Part shown: one piece after another, positions 26,655-35,746 of the stretch | Position numbering within the stretch: the first letter of the stretch is position 1 | How the letters are laid out: the number at the start of each line of letters is the position of its first letter | Assembly: GCA_964608665.1 (NCBI GenBank) | Contig: CAZSQJ010000008.1 | Span: 12,935 to 76,934, forward strand | Reading direction: 5' to 3' | Length of the DNA: 64,000 nucleotides | DNA from: an uncultured Bacteroidales bacterium | GTDB lineage: Bacteria; Bacteroidota; Bacteroidia; Bacteroidales; CAIXZF01 | The notes under the pieces: model-generated | Database searches by the model: none | What the model saw: only the letters and a program-made list of their open reading frames with translations | Told to the model about the DNA's origin: nothing | Position numbers and translations under genes: made by a program

Positions 26655-29192
26655 TTATGGAAGGTATATCATTTTCAAACTTTTCACCGTATTTCCGGTT
26701 CTGAAGTCCAGGATGTATAATCCGGGACTGAGGTTCAGGGATGCAGGGTTCAGTTTGATGAAATGTTTTCCGGATTCGAGCCTGTTAACCTGCGGCAGTA
26801 CTTCTGACACTAATTTCCCGTCCGGTGTGTACAGTTTCAGGCTGACGAAGGCTGCGGCAGGCAGGTCGACCACCACGGTAGTCAGGTCTCTGGAAGGAGA
26901 CGGAAAGAGATAGGCTTGCGGTGCGGAAGGTTTTTCCGGTACCGGATTCACCGGGGTGATCAGTGAAAAATGGGCCACCAGGGTATCGCTTTGATTCAGG
27001 TTGACCAGGGCCGTATCGGAAGCAGCATTCGGGATGAAGTTCTGGGTATTGGACGACCAGTGATCGAAACAATAGCCGGCATTGGCATAGGCTTCGAGCC
27101 TGGTGCCGATCCCGCCGAAGTAGGTTCCGGTCCATGGGTAAATGAACAGCGGCAGCGAATTGAGCACCACCGAACCGGCATCGGGCGGGTCCACTTTCAC
27201 GGTTACCTGGAAGGGACCATTGAGCCCGTAGCAGTTGGTGAAGCCGTTGCTGAGCCAGGCACATCGCTGGCTGATAAAATCGCGCAGTTCCTGCACATTG
27301 GATTTCCATTCGGTGTATGTACCGTTCCATCTTTGCGCCTGCCTGGTCATTTCAGGATCGATGATCGCTTCTGTACTGTCGAGCTGTGCAAGCATATTAT
27401 CGCAACTGAATACCGTATTCCAAAGGTCAATTTGCCGGGTGATATAATATCTGTTCACTTCAGGGTTTTGTCTGAGATGGTTGAGCAGGGCCATGTGTCC
27501 CTTGGGATCGGAAGAACCCGTCAGCCCGTCCACATTGCAGGGATTTGCCTGAGGGGTGGTATTGGGAATGTTCGTATAATTGATATAATGGCCGAAAGTG
27601 GCATCATTGTCCCACAGTATCCACCCCCATTTAAGGTGGGTTCCGGTACTGTCGAGCCCGCGCCACCATCCCAGGTTCCAGTTGAGCCAGTCGGAGCAGA
27701 CCGTCATTGAATTTACGATCACATAATCGACCAGACTTCTGTAATCGATATAGGTATTCATGTAATTATAATTGGCCGGGCTGGCCATGTTCATGGCCAT
27801 GACTGTGTTATAGAGTGCATTCCAGTCGTTGATGGCCTGCGTGCCGCCATATTCGGCCCAGGTGCTGCCCCAGTGCAGGATGAACTGCAGGTTGTACTTA
27901 TCCTGGCCGTAATAATAGCTGGTATAATCATGATCGTCGCATTTCTCCCGGATGTCATATACGCCCCAATACTGGCCATTAAGGTAGACGACAGCTTTCT
28001 CGGAACGCCGCAGGTTCAGGTGCATTCCCCCGATATCGGCAAGGCTGTGGATGTATGCATCGCGCAAATGGGCACTGCCTTCGTTGGCGGAATGATGGTC
28101 GGCCGGGTAATTGTCATCTCCGGCAGCCCTCAGGATGATGCGCTGGAAATTCTTGCGGTACGACCAATGGAAGAGATATTCCTCGATACTGTGGTTATAG
28201 GCCATTTCATCGCGGGAGATGAAATCGATGCTTCTGTGGCTGAGTGCCCATGAATCCTGTCCGTGCTTGTTAAACTCTCCGTAAGTGGTAGCAGTGCGTT
28301 CGCCGTTAATGTTGAAATACTCGAACGATCCGTGGGGTTCCAGGGATGAATTCCCGTTGGCAAGCGTGTTCAGCTGGGTTCCGGCAACGGAAACAACGAC
28401 GGTGGTATGGTTTTCATTGATAAAATAGGTATTGAACCTGACCAGGCTTGGGAGCACTTCGGGATCGGCGCTGATGGTGATGGCTTTAATCACTGTGGTG
28501 GCTGCTATGGTGATGGGATTCACATAGATGGGACTGGATATGCCTGGTTCCGTCCCATCCAGGGTATAATGAATATCGGCATTGGTTTCGAGGGTGGACA
28601 GGTAAATGGTGACGGGAGTATTGTAAAATCCTGCCGGAAGGTTATAATCGGGACGGTCGGCGTACCGGGCAAAGGGAGTGGCGGTGTTGTTGGAGGCGTT
28701 GATGGTGGGCGAAGTAAAAATACTCCAGGCGGAAGCCCCGTTAAGCGTTCTTCCCCGGGAATGGCCCAGGTGGGTCTTCTTGCGTAACTTCAGGGAATCC
28801 ACAATCGCACCGGAAGGGTCGGCAAGAACGATGAACTCACTGTTGTTTTTTGTTTGCGTGAGCCTGAAATTGGTATGATAATGGGTACCGGACACCATGT
28901 CCCTTCCGGATGTCCAGAACCGCCTGAACCCGTTGGCAGTGATGTTTACCCCCGCAGGTATCTGCCACTTGGTGACATTGGCAGAATCATCGCTCAGGTA
29001 ATAACCGGATAAGTCGACGGTGCTGCTGCCTGCATTGTAGAGCTCGAACCAGTCCTCGTACTTGCCGTAATTATCCTGGAACTGGGTCAGGTTGGAGCAG
29101 GAATACTCGTTGATCACAACCTGGGAATATCCCCTGAACATGCAGCATTGCAGTATCAGGGCAATAAAAGTCAATCGTAACAATTTCTTCAT
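26655..29192 (-). CDS. CotH-family protein (845 aa) with an N-terminal lamin-tail-like domain, a chitobiase/Fn3-associated-like segment and a T9SS type-A CTD
   Basis: Signal peptide. LTD-like VVINEYS...YEDWFELYNAGSSTVDLSGYYLSDD. DIHYTLDGTEP. CotH-like core RIILRAAGDDNYP...LRDAYIHSLA...VVYLNGQYWGVYDIREK. CTD YLFPSPSRDLTTVVV...GLYILDF. Confidence 0.8.
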   Translation of the reverse strand: MKKLLRLTFIALILQCCMFRGYSQVVINEYSCSNLTQFQDNYGKYEDWFELYNAGSSTVDLSGYYLSDDSANVTKWQIPAGVNITANGFRRFWTSGRDMVSGTHYHTNFRLTQTKNNSEFIVLADPSGAIVDSLKLRKKTHLGHSRGRTLNGASAWSIFTSPTINASNNTATPFARYADRPDYNLPAGFYNTPVTIYLSTLETNADIHYTLDGTEPGISSPIYVNPITIAATTVIKAITISADPEVLPSLVRFNTYFINENHTTVVVSVAGTQLNTLANGNSSLEPHGSFEYFNINGERTATTYGEFNKHGQDSWALSHRSIDFISRDEMAYNHSIEEYLFHWSYRKNFQRIILRAAGDDNYPADHHSANEGSAHLRDAYIHSLADIGGMHLNLRRSEKAVVYLNGQYWGVYDIREKCDDHDYTSYYYGQDKYNLQFILHWGSTWAEYGGTQAINDWNALYNTVMAMNMASPANYNYMNTYIDYRSLVDYVIVNSMTVCSDWLNWNLGWWRGLDSTGTHLKWGWILWDNDATFGHYINYTNIPNTTPQANPCNVDGLTGSSDPKGHMALLNHLRQNPEVNRYYITRQIDLWNTVFSCDNMLAQLDSTEAIIDPEMTRQAQRWNGTYTEWKSNVQELRDFISQRCAWLSNGFTNCYGLNGPFQVTVKVDPPDAGSVVLNSLPLFIYPWTGTYFGGIGTRLEAYANAGYCFDHWSSNTQNFIPNAASDTALVNLNQSDTLVAHFSLITPVNPVPEKPSAPQAYLFPSPSRDLTTVVVDLPAAAFVSLKLYTPDGKLVSEVLPQVNRLESGKHFIKLNPASLNLSPGLYILDFRTGNTVKSLKMIYLP

Positions 29193-29248
29193 AAATATGA
29201 TGGCTTGGTTATCAAAATTAAGTTAATTTCAGATACGCTTTATCACTT

Positions 29249-29351
29249 TATACCGAAAGAGTACAGGAATGCGAAAAATGTGTTTCCAGAGTCCTCGGTA
29301 TAACTGAATCTAAGCGAAAATTGCATTGCATTTTCACCAAGATTCAGCATA
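29249..29351 (+). repeat. Copy B of the roughly 103-nt multi-hairpin intergenic repeat
   Basis: Aligns to copy A without gaps (88 of 103 identical). It lies in the 173-nt spacer between the DUF2490-like gene and CotH-1. Confidence 0.8.
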
Positions 29352-29365
29352 GTTTCCAGCTGACC

Positions 29366-30055
29366 TTAAAACCTTAAATAGTAACCCGCTCCAACCACAT
29401 AATCAGCTTCAGGATACCTCACCCCGTACTCCCGCTGAAAAAGGTAAAACAGGTCGATCATATGCATGCGGTTGATACGGTATTCCACTCCGCCGATAAA
29501 CCTTACCTGATCAATCCCGGCAAACTGCGGTTTTGCAACGGGCAGGAAAACCTCGGCATTGACATAGGGTTCGAGCGGTGATTTGTTATCGTATGAGAGA
29601 TTCAGTCTGAACCGGGTATAATATTCGGGTACTTTACCATCAACACTGGAGTACATGTCGGTGAACTGGGTCTGGAACCTGGTTCTGAATGAAACTCTGA
29701 TCCTGTTGAGTTTTTCGCGGATCGTAAGCTGTGCATACCACCGGTGCCGCTTGCTGTATGAATCGTCGAGGCGCCGTTTGCAGGAGAATCGGTAATTTGC
29801 CGACACCCTTACATTCTGATGAAGCCGGTAATCAAGTCCCAGGTCGGTAAACACCGTTCCGGCCTCAGTAATGTTCTCGTTCATCCGTGATTCTGCCGAA
29901 AGTGAAACTGAAAACCTGGATGTGAGTTTCTTTTCTGCATTGAGGCTGATCCATAATCCGGCATCATTCACCTGGGCTGAAAGCGGTGAAATGGCAGCCA
30001 GCATGTACACCATGACTGCCATCAGGCCAGGCCGGAACAACAGGCGGATCTTCAT
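29366..30055 (-). CDS. DUF2490-like predicted outer-membrane protein
   Basis: Signal peptide ending SAQ. Alternating beta-strand pattern, GLWISLNAEKKL...SAESRMNEN start, and a C-terminal aromatic (YYLRF). Confidence 0.6.
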   Translation of the reverse strand: MKIRLLFRPGLMAVMVYMLAAISPLSAQVNDAGLWISLNAEKKLTSRFSVSLSAESRMNENITEAGTVFTDLGLDYRLHQNVRVSANYRFSCKRRLDDSYSKRHRWYAQLTIREKLNRIRVSFRTRFQTQFTDMYSSVDGKVPEYYTRFRLNLSYDNKSPLEPYVNAEVFLPVAKPQFAGIDQVRFIGGVEYRINRMHMIDLFYLFQREYGVRYPEADYVVGAGYYLRF

Positions 30056-30810
30056 TTATCCGTTTCGGTTTTCTTTGTTTCGTAATAGTACACCATGATC
30101 TCCGCGGCATCTCTCATATAATTCACCCTGGAGATCTTAACCCGGTGTACCGGTAATCCGGTTCGTTTCCGGATGTCTTCCAGCAGGATCTCCATTTTGT
30201 CGGGTGTGATGTTTTCTGTGTTGTCATAATAGATCAGCCTGGAATGTTCCCTGCGAAAGAAGATATTGCTGTCATAAATGAATGTCAGCAGAAAGACCAC
30301 ACCGTTGATGATGAGAAGTTCATGGTATTCCAGTTCGATGGCGCTGATCAGGCCGATACCGATAAAGATGAACAGATAGGTCAGTTCTTTCATGGAGATG
30401 CCCTCGGTACGGTATCTGAGCATGGAGAAGACCGCGAAAAGTCCGAAGGCAGCCCCGACCGAAATTTTAATCTTATTCAGCAGGAATGTCAGCATAAAGA
30501 TCATTACATTGAACATCATATAGGTGAAAATGCTCTCGTGATGTCCTCCGTTGCGCCTGAAAACCAGAAGAATGATTAAAAGGAAGCTGACCAGGTCGAT
30601 CAGCAGGTACACAAAGAAGCGCTGGTCAATTTCCACCACGTCCTTTTTCTTGTCGGGTTTCTTTTCTTTTTTTTCATCCTTGCTCGCGGCATCATCTTCC
30701 TGTACAAGGGACACCATTCCCGTTTCCGCCTCCTGCGCCCTGAGCGGCACAGCGGGCATGGCCGTGAGGGCAAAAAGGAGCGCGATCAAAGACAGTTTAA
30801 TTATGTTCAT
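30052..30810 (-). CDS. DUF4956-like polytopic membrane protein
   Basis: N-terminal hydrophobic segment, charged stretch DDAASKDEKKEKKPDKKKDVVE, then 4-5 TM helices including FSMLRYRTEGISMKELTYLFIFIGIGLISA (compare the DUF4956 motif ...LR[FY]RT...). It overlaps both neighbours (4 nt and 14 nt). Confidence 0.6.
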   Translation of the reverse strand: MNIIKLSLIALLFALTAMPAVPLRAQEAETGMVSLVQEDDAASKDEKKEKKPDKKKDVVEIDQRFFVYLLIDLVSFLLIILLVFRRNGGHHESIFTYMMFNVMIFMLTFLLNKIKISVGAAFGLFAVFSMLRYRTEGISMKELTYLFIFIGIGLISAIELEYHELLIINGVVFLLTFIYDSNIFFRREHSRLIYYDNTENITPDKMEILLEDIRKRTGLPVHRVKISRVNYMRDAAEIMVYYYETKKTETDK

Positions 30811-31561
30811 GACTGATTTTTTGGATGCGTCTGATTTTGGACCTGAAATTATTGGTTTTCACATCATCGTAGAGGCTGATGATCCCAAGGATGTATTTAC
30901 TGACCGATAACCTCCTGATATGCAGTTGCTTCATCAGGATAAGAAATGGGGAGGCCGCAGATTTCTGAATTTTCAGCTCTGCGATTACCAGGGAGGGATA
31001 AGCTGCAGTTTGAGTTCCGTTGGTATAGGAAAGATGTGTATCAATTGTGAGGCGTTCCCTTTTGGCCAGGTTGACCAGCGTAATCCGCTTGTAATTGATC
31101 CAGAGCCGGGGCAGAAGGGTAAGTTCCGACAAGGCCGGGCGGGCTCTCATGAAGGATTCGGCTTCACCGCTGATGGATTCTTCCACCATCATTCTGCTGA
31201 TCCTTTCCTTGATTGTCCGGGCATGGTTGTTCTTAAACTTGATCTCGAAGAAACTCTGACCGCTGTCGAGATAAGACCTGTATCTGACTTTGTAGCGGTT
31301 CATGTGGCGATTGTGGTGAAGCCGGTAAAAAAGCATGTCCTCTGTATCGAAATACAGGTTGCAATAGCGGTTCTCAATGGTATTCCTCACCTTCAGCACG
31401 TGATATTCCGGCATGAGTGCAAGCAATACGTCAGGAAGCTGGCTGACATGGAATACGAATTTGGTATCTATCCTGTCCATCAGGGCTACCTGATCCATCT
31501 CTTTGAGGGTGATGGCCGGGAAACGGGATAATATTTCATTCAGATCCTGCATGGAATTCAT
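30797..31561 (-). CDS. VTC-domain (polyphosphate polymerase-like, triphosphate-tunnel) protein
   Basis: LMDRIDTKFVF...RYCNLYFDT...YRLHHNRHMNRYKVRYRSY...FFEIKFKNN...LTIDTHL...VIAELK matches my memory of bacterial VTC-domain proteins. No signal peptide. I chose the ATG at 31561; the track TTG start is at 31570. Confidence 0.65.
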   Translation of the reverse strand: MNSMQDLNEILSRFPAITLKEMDQVALMDRIDTKFVFHVSQLPDVLLALMPEYHVLKVRNTIENRYCNLYFDTEDMLFYRLHHNRHMNRYKVRYRSYLDSGQSFFEIKFKNNHARTIKERISRMMVEESISGEAESFMRARPALSELTLLPRLWINYKRITLVNLAKRERLTIDTHLSYTNGTQTAAYPSLVIAELKIQKSAASPFLILMKQLHIRRLSVSKYILGIISLYDDVKTNNFRSKIRRIQKISHEHN

Positions 31562-31576
31562 TAAGGTCAAACGTCA

Positions 31577-32134
31577 TCAATGATAGTCGTATGAATATTT
31601 TTTCGAGGATTGTACCTTTCCGGAAGGATCCAATACCTGTTTCGTGACTTTTAATTTCTTGTTGTTATAGGTGAATACCAACTTCTTCATCAGTTCTCCC
31701 TGCTCATTAAAAACACTTTCACTGATTTTCTCACCGTCCGGCCCGTATGTAAACACGGTTTTTCCCTTCAGTTTTCCCGCAGCATCATATTCGAGCTCCT
31801 CTGTTTTATCACCCATCGCGTTGTATTTGAACTGAAGCCTGTAGTTGATCTTTTGCCCGGGATTGAAAAAACTTTCTGCTGTCTTGTTACCGTCACTGTC
31901 GTAAGTTACGAGGTGTTTGCTGATGATGGTGCCATCCGGCGCATATTCAATTGCAGTAATGAGCTTCCCGCTCTTGTTGTATTCCTCGTATGTTTCCTTC
32001 ACGGCCTGGTTTCCGGAGGTTTCTGACCAGGTGGTCACCGATTTGATCTTTTTGGACTTGACTTCCTTTTTACTCTGACCGCAGACAGAAGCAGACAGCA
32101 TCACGAAGGACAACATTAACAGAAAAATTCGCAT
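31577..32134 (-). CDS. Small secreted protein or lipoprotein made of short YD/MORN-like repeats
   Basis: Signal peptide MRIFLLMLSFVMLSASVCGQ (ATG at 32134; track TTG at 32143). Repeated x-Y-D/N-x-x-G-K/N-x segments (YAPDGTII, TYDSDGNKT, EYDAAGKLK, TYGPDGEKI). Confidence 0.6.
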   Translation of the reverse strand: MRIFLLMLSFVMLSASVCGQSKKEVKSKKIKSVTTWSETSGNQAVKETYEEYNKSGKLITAIEYAPDGTIISKHLVTYDSDGNKTAESFFNPGQKINYRLQFKYNAMGDKTEELEYDAAGKLKGKTVFTYGPDGEKISESVFNEQGELMKKLVFTYNNKKLKVTKQVLDPSGKVQSSKKYSYDYH

Positions 32135-32139
32135 GACTC

Positions 32140-32553
32140 TCAATCAAATATCACAATATCAGACACTTCGACCTTCTGTTTTCGTTTTATGATCTCCACC
32201 TCCCTGATCACTGCCACAGGGGCATTAGTCTGAAGGGTGGAGTCCCTGGAGTAAGCATAGACCCTGTAATGTCCCTTTCTCAGGTAACGGAACTCAAAAG
32301 TGCCGTCATAATTGGTTCTGAGCCTTTCGCTGTAGGACTTGTCATCCCCGCAAACCAGGTAAACTTCCACGTCTCCTGCGTAATACGCTTCTTCAAGGAC
32401 GGTAAAGGTAGCATTATAATCCTTCACATAGACTTTCCCCCAGATGGAAGCTTCTCCACCGAAGCCGGGTTCTTTCTCACAGGCCGTCAGCAGGATGGTA
32501 ATGCCGGACAGCAGGCAGGCCTTAACCAGCAGCATTTTTAGCAATCTGTCCAT
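32140..32553 (-). CDS. Small lipoprotein with a carboxypeptidase-regulatory/transthyretin-like beta-sandwich; paralog of 26229..26630
   Basis: Lipobox LLTAC. See the paralog alignment under 26229..26630. Confidence 0.7.
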   Translation of the reverse strand: MDRLLKMLLVKACLLSGITILLTACEKEPGFGGEASIWGKVYVKDYNATFTVLEEAYYAGDVEVYLVCGDDKSYSERLRTNYDGTFEFRYLRKGHYRVYAYSRDSTLQTNAPVAVIREVEIIKRKQKVEVSDIVIFD

Positions 32554-32565
32554 GCCAGGGTCGCA

Positions 32566-33762
32566 TTAATGTTGTATGGCAATTTTCCGGGCAGATGTTC
32601 CGCAGGATACCAGGTAGATTCCGCCGGCCCAGCCGGAAGTGGCCGTGGTAAATTCTCCTGAAACAATGCCGCTGCATATCGTTCTCCCCACATTATCCAT
32701 AATACGGAAGGGGTAATGTCCGGGTTTCTCCGTTCTTACCGAAAGTTGACCAGATGCGGGATCGTGACTTACAGTGAAATCCATACCGGAAAGAACATCA
32801 TTCAGTCCGAGATTTCCCGGAATCACGCAGGAAACACCTCCACCCGTTGCCACCCACAGATTATCCGCCTGATCGGTGGTCACCCTGACAACCATATCAT
32901 TAACCAGGCCATCGGCAGGGGTCAGGCTCACCCAGTTGTTGCCGTCGAAGCGGCTCAATCCGCCTTCCAGAATATAAATATCGAACATCCCTGCCCAGAT
33001 CTTACCCTGGCTGTCGGTGGTCAGATCGGCAACAAAATTGCTGTAAAGCCCGTCGTTAACGGTATGATTGCCGGTCACCTGGCCTGCAGGGTTCAAAACC
33101 GAGATCCCATAATAACTTCCTGCCCAGATATTTCCGTTTGCATCTTCGGTGATGGTCAGAATATTATCATCGAGCAGGCCATTGGCCATGGTTATGTATG
33201 TGAAACCACTTCCGTTGTTTCTGGCAAGACCGCCCATGATGGTACCAACCCACATGGTTCCGGCATCATCAAAATATATGAATACAGGCAATCCCTGGCT
33301 AAGGTTATAACTCAGGAAATTAATGCCATCGTAGCGCGACAGCCCGGAAGGCGTGGCAAACCACACATGCCCCTGTGCATCGACGGCTATATGGGTTACT
33401 GTATTGTCGATCAGGCCGTTGCCGGTGGTGTAAGACGTCCAGTTCTGGCCGTCGAAGCGGCTCACTCCGTAATCTGTGCCCACCCAAACCCTGTTGTTTG
33501 CATCCACCGCGATACAATTAATAAAATTGTCGATGACGCCATGGGGCGTGGTATACACCACCCAGTTGGTGTCGTTGTAACTCGCCACGCCCGACTGGGT
33601 TCCGAACCATTTGATGTTGTGCTGGTCAACAACCACACCGGTGACGTTGTCATCGGGCAGACCAGTGGTGGCTGCGGTGAAATTCTTGATAAGCGTCTGG
33701 CCTGAGAGGCTGACCGAAAAAATCATCAGCACTGCCATAAAAGGGGAAAAATACCTTTTCAT
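32566..33762 (-). CDS. Beta-propeller protein with two-component-regulator-propeller (Reg_prop)-type repeats and a T9SS-type CTD
   Basis: Signal peptide. Repeats of about 45 aa such as WFGTQSGVASYNDTNWVVYTT, VWVGTDYGVSRFDGQNWTSYTT and VWFATPSGLSRYDG. The C-terminal roughly 80 aa resemble a sorting domain (FTVSHDPASGQLSV...GIYLVS). Confidence 0.7.
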   Translation of the reverse strand: MKRYFSPFMAVLMIFSVSLSGQTLIKNFTAATTGLPDDNVTGVVVDQHNIKWFGTQSGVASYNDTNWVVYTTPHGVIDNFINCIAVDANNRVWVGTDYGVSRFDGQNWTSYTTGNGLIDNTVTHIAVDAQGHVWFATPSGLSRYDGINFLSYNLSQGLPVFIYFDDAGTMWVGTIMGGLARNNGSGFTYITMANGLLDDNILTITEDANGNIWAGSYYGISVLNPAGQVTGNHTVNDGLYSNFVADLTTDSQGKIWAGMFDIYILEGGLSRFDGNNWVSLTPADGLVNDMVVRVTTDQADNLWVATGGGVSCVIPGNLGLNDVLSGMDFTVSHDPASGQLSVRTEKPGHYPFRIMDNVGRTICSGIVSGEFTTATSGWAGGIYLVSCGTSARKIAIQH

Positions 33763-33793
33763 GATATTAATATTTAAGTTAGTATATTAATGT

Positions 33794-35728
33794 TCAATCT
33801 ATTACATGAATCTTTGAGCATGCGCCGGCTCCGGTCGACGATCTCAGTCTGAGGAAATAAACACCGGTCTTCAGGCCGTCGAGGTTGATGGCCTTCACAT
33901 TCCTGCCCCGGAATACCAGGCATCCGGGTCCGTCGAAGAGGTCAACTTCAAAATTCTGTTCCCGGGTAAGCCGGCCCTGAAGGTAAAGCACATCCCTGAC
34001 AGGATTGGGCAAAACGATGAGTGCCGGTTCCTGCAGGGCATCATCCATGCCGACACCGGTGAAATTAAAGGGATCGGACAAGGCTGACATACATCCGCCG
34101 CTATTAGCGGTCTGCACCTGATAGAGTCCATTCTGCAGGGGTGTATAAAGCTGCGACGTGGCACCGTTGATGGGCTGACCGGCCAGAAACCACTGGTAGG
34201 TGGTAGCCTGGCTGGAGATCAAATCTCCTCCGGATTGCGTGATGACGGGTGTTGCGGGAATGGGATGCACCGTTACCGTGACTGAAGCGGTGGCGCTGTC
34301 ATTGCCACTGACGGCTTTCACGGTATAAACGGTAGTGGTTGCGGGATAAACCCAGGGAGACTGCAGGGTGGATGTGAAACCTGCAGGATCGGAAGTCCAG
34401 GTGTATACGACACTGGTGCCGCCGGTAACAGTTGCACTGAGCTGGGATGAATCGCCTTCGCAGATGACTGCGGGACTGGCATTTGCCGTTACGGAATAAC
34501 CGGCAACATAAGCGGCTGTATAACGGAATGCCTGGGCCGGCGTGCCGGAAACCGATTTACTCCAGACCACCGTATTGTTCGAATCAATCTCATAAATATA
34601 TCCTGAGCCGGCAATGCAGATCAGCACATTCCCGTTGGGCAGCTGCTGTGAATTGCCCATGTCCTGTGTGGCATTACCCGTATAGATATGCCGCCATTCA
34701 TAGGTGGAAGGCGCATAGGCCTGTCCGGTGGTATGCAGGTAGTTGTAACCGTCGTAGGGAGGATAGATCCTGTCGATGCAACTCTTGTTGCCGGTACCTC
34801 CCTTGTTATTGAATGCCACAAGACTTCCGGCATGCGGCAAACCGGTCTGTATCCAGTGTGCGTCGTGCATTACATTAAAAATGGTAGTTCCGGAAGCACC
34901 GTATGCGGCAGGGTTTCCCCAGCGGTATAGGAAATCTCCCCCCTTGCCTGAATTGCCACCGGTATGGCCGGCAGCTTCGGCCGTGGTGGTGCTGTGGTCG
35001 ATCACCCAGTATTCGTTGAGGTAATGAGAACTGACCACGATCTGGTCCAGTTCCGGGTTATAGTCGATCCCGTTCATGTGAACCCAGTCCTTCTTCAGAT
35101 TGTAGTTGATATTCATCAGTTCCGGATGGGCCAGCACGGATGTGACATAATTATCTTTGGACTGGTCATGGGTCTGGCACAGGTGATCCCATAATTTCCA
35201 CTCCCAGACGACCGTTCCGGTGGTCGCACCCGTCGGCTGAACCTCCATGATCTTTTCTGACCAAACGGTGATACTCTGGGAAGAACCCGCCTGTACAGCC
35301 TGCGCAGCAGTTTTCACCTCATAAGAGATCATGAGCACATTGCCGTTGGGCATGGGGTGTATGTCGTGGTGAAGGCAATAGGTGGAAGAGGAATGGGTGA
35401 AATCCCACAGCACCGTGCCGTTCCAGTCAACCTTCTGTACCCGGCCTGTCATTCCGCCTCCAAAGAGCACATTGCCCTGATTGCTAACGGTCCTGACCAG
35501 GGTTCCCCCGGGCAGAAGATAGCTGGAGTAGCCGGTCCTGGCCGATGACGGAAAGGTCCAGCTGTGGTAAGTGGCCCCGCTCATATTTACCAGATATGCC
35601 TTGGTACTGTTCATGGTGCTGTAAAGGGTATAATCGCCCCAGGGTGCGCCCTGGGAAAACACCAGTGATCCTGAAAAACACAGCAGGATGATCATTACGG
35701 GCACATGCAGTTTCAGTTTATGTCTCAT
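33794..35728 (-). CDS. Arylsulfotransferase (ASST)-like beta-propeller protein with an Ig-like domain and a T9SS type-A CTD
   Basis: HHDIHPMPNGNVLMI, HMNGIDYNPELDQIVVSSHYLNEYWVIDHS and GGDFLYRWGNP resemble the ASST family. CTD VLPNPVRDVLYLQG...GVYFLRL. Confidence 0.65.
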   Translation of the reverse strand: MRHKLKLHVPVMIILLCFSGSLVFSQGAPWGDYTLYSTMNSTKAYLVNMSGATYHSWTFPSSARTGYSSYLLPGGTLVRTVSNQGNVLFGGGMTGRVQKVDWNGTVLWDFTHSSSTYCLHHDIHPMPNGNVLMISYEVKTAAQAVQAGSSQSITVWSEKIMEVQPTGATTGTVVWEWKLWDHLCQTHDQSKDNYVTSVLAHPELMNINYNLKKDWVHMNGIDYNPELDQIVVSSHYLNEYWVIDHSTTTAEAAGHTGGNSGKGGDFLYRWGNPAAYGASGTTIFNVMHDAHWIQTGLPHAGSLVAFNNKGGTGNKSCIDRIYPPYDGYNYLHTTGQAYAPSTYEWRHIYTGNATQDMGNSQQLPNGNVLICIAGSGYIYEIDSNNTVVWSKSVSGTPAQAFRYTAAYVAGYSVTANASPAVICEGDSSQLSATVTGGTSVVYTWTSDPAGFTSTLQSPWVYPATTTVYTVKAVSGNDSATASVTVTVHPIPATPVITQSGGDLISSQATTYQWFLAGQPINGATSQLYTPLQNGLYQVQTANSGGCMSALSDPFNFTGVGMDDALQEPALIVLPNPVRDVLYLQGRLTREQNFEVDLFDGPGCLVFRGRNVKAINLDGLKTGVYFLRLRSSTGAGACSKIHVID

Positions 35729-35746
35729 ACATTTTACGTATTACAT

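Noticed and set aside
32716-33705. 329-aa plus-strand ORF opposite the Reg_prop propeller gene
   Set aside because: The minus-strand product has a signal peptide, regular propeller repeats and a sorting domain. The plus-strand translation is featureless, so it is an antisense shadow. The same reasoning applies to 8947..9702, 15760..16575, 18567..19415, 26970..27710, 53163..54017, 57847..58539 and 1687..2379.
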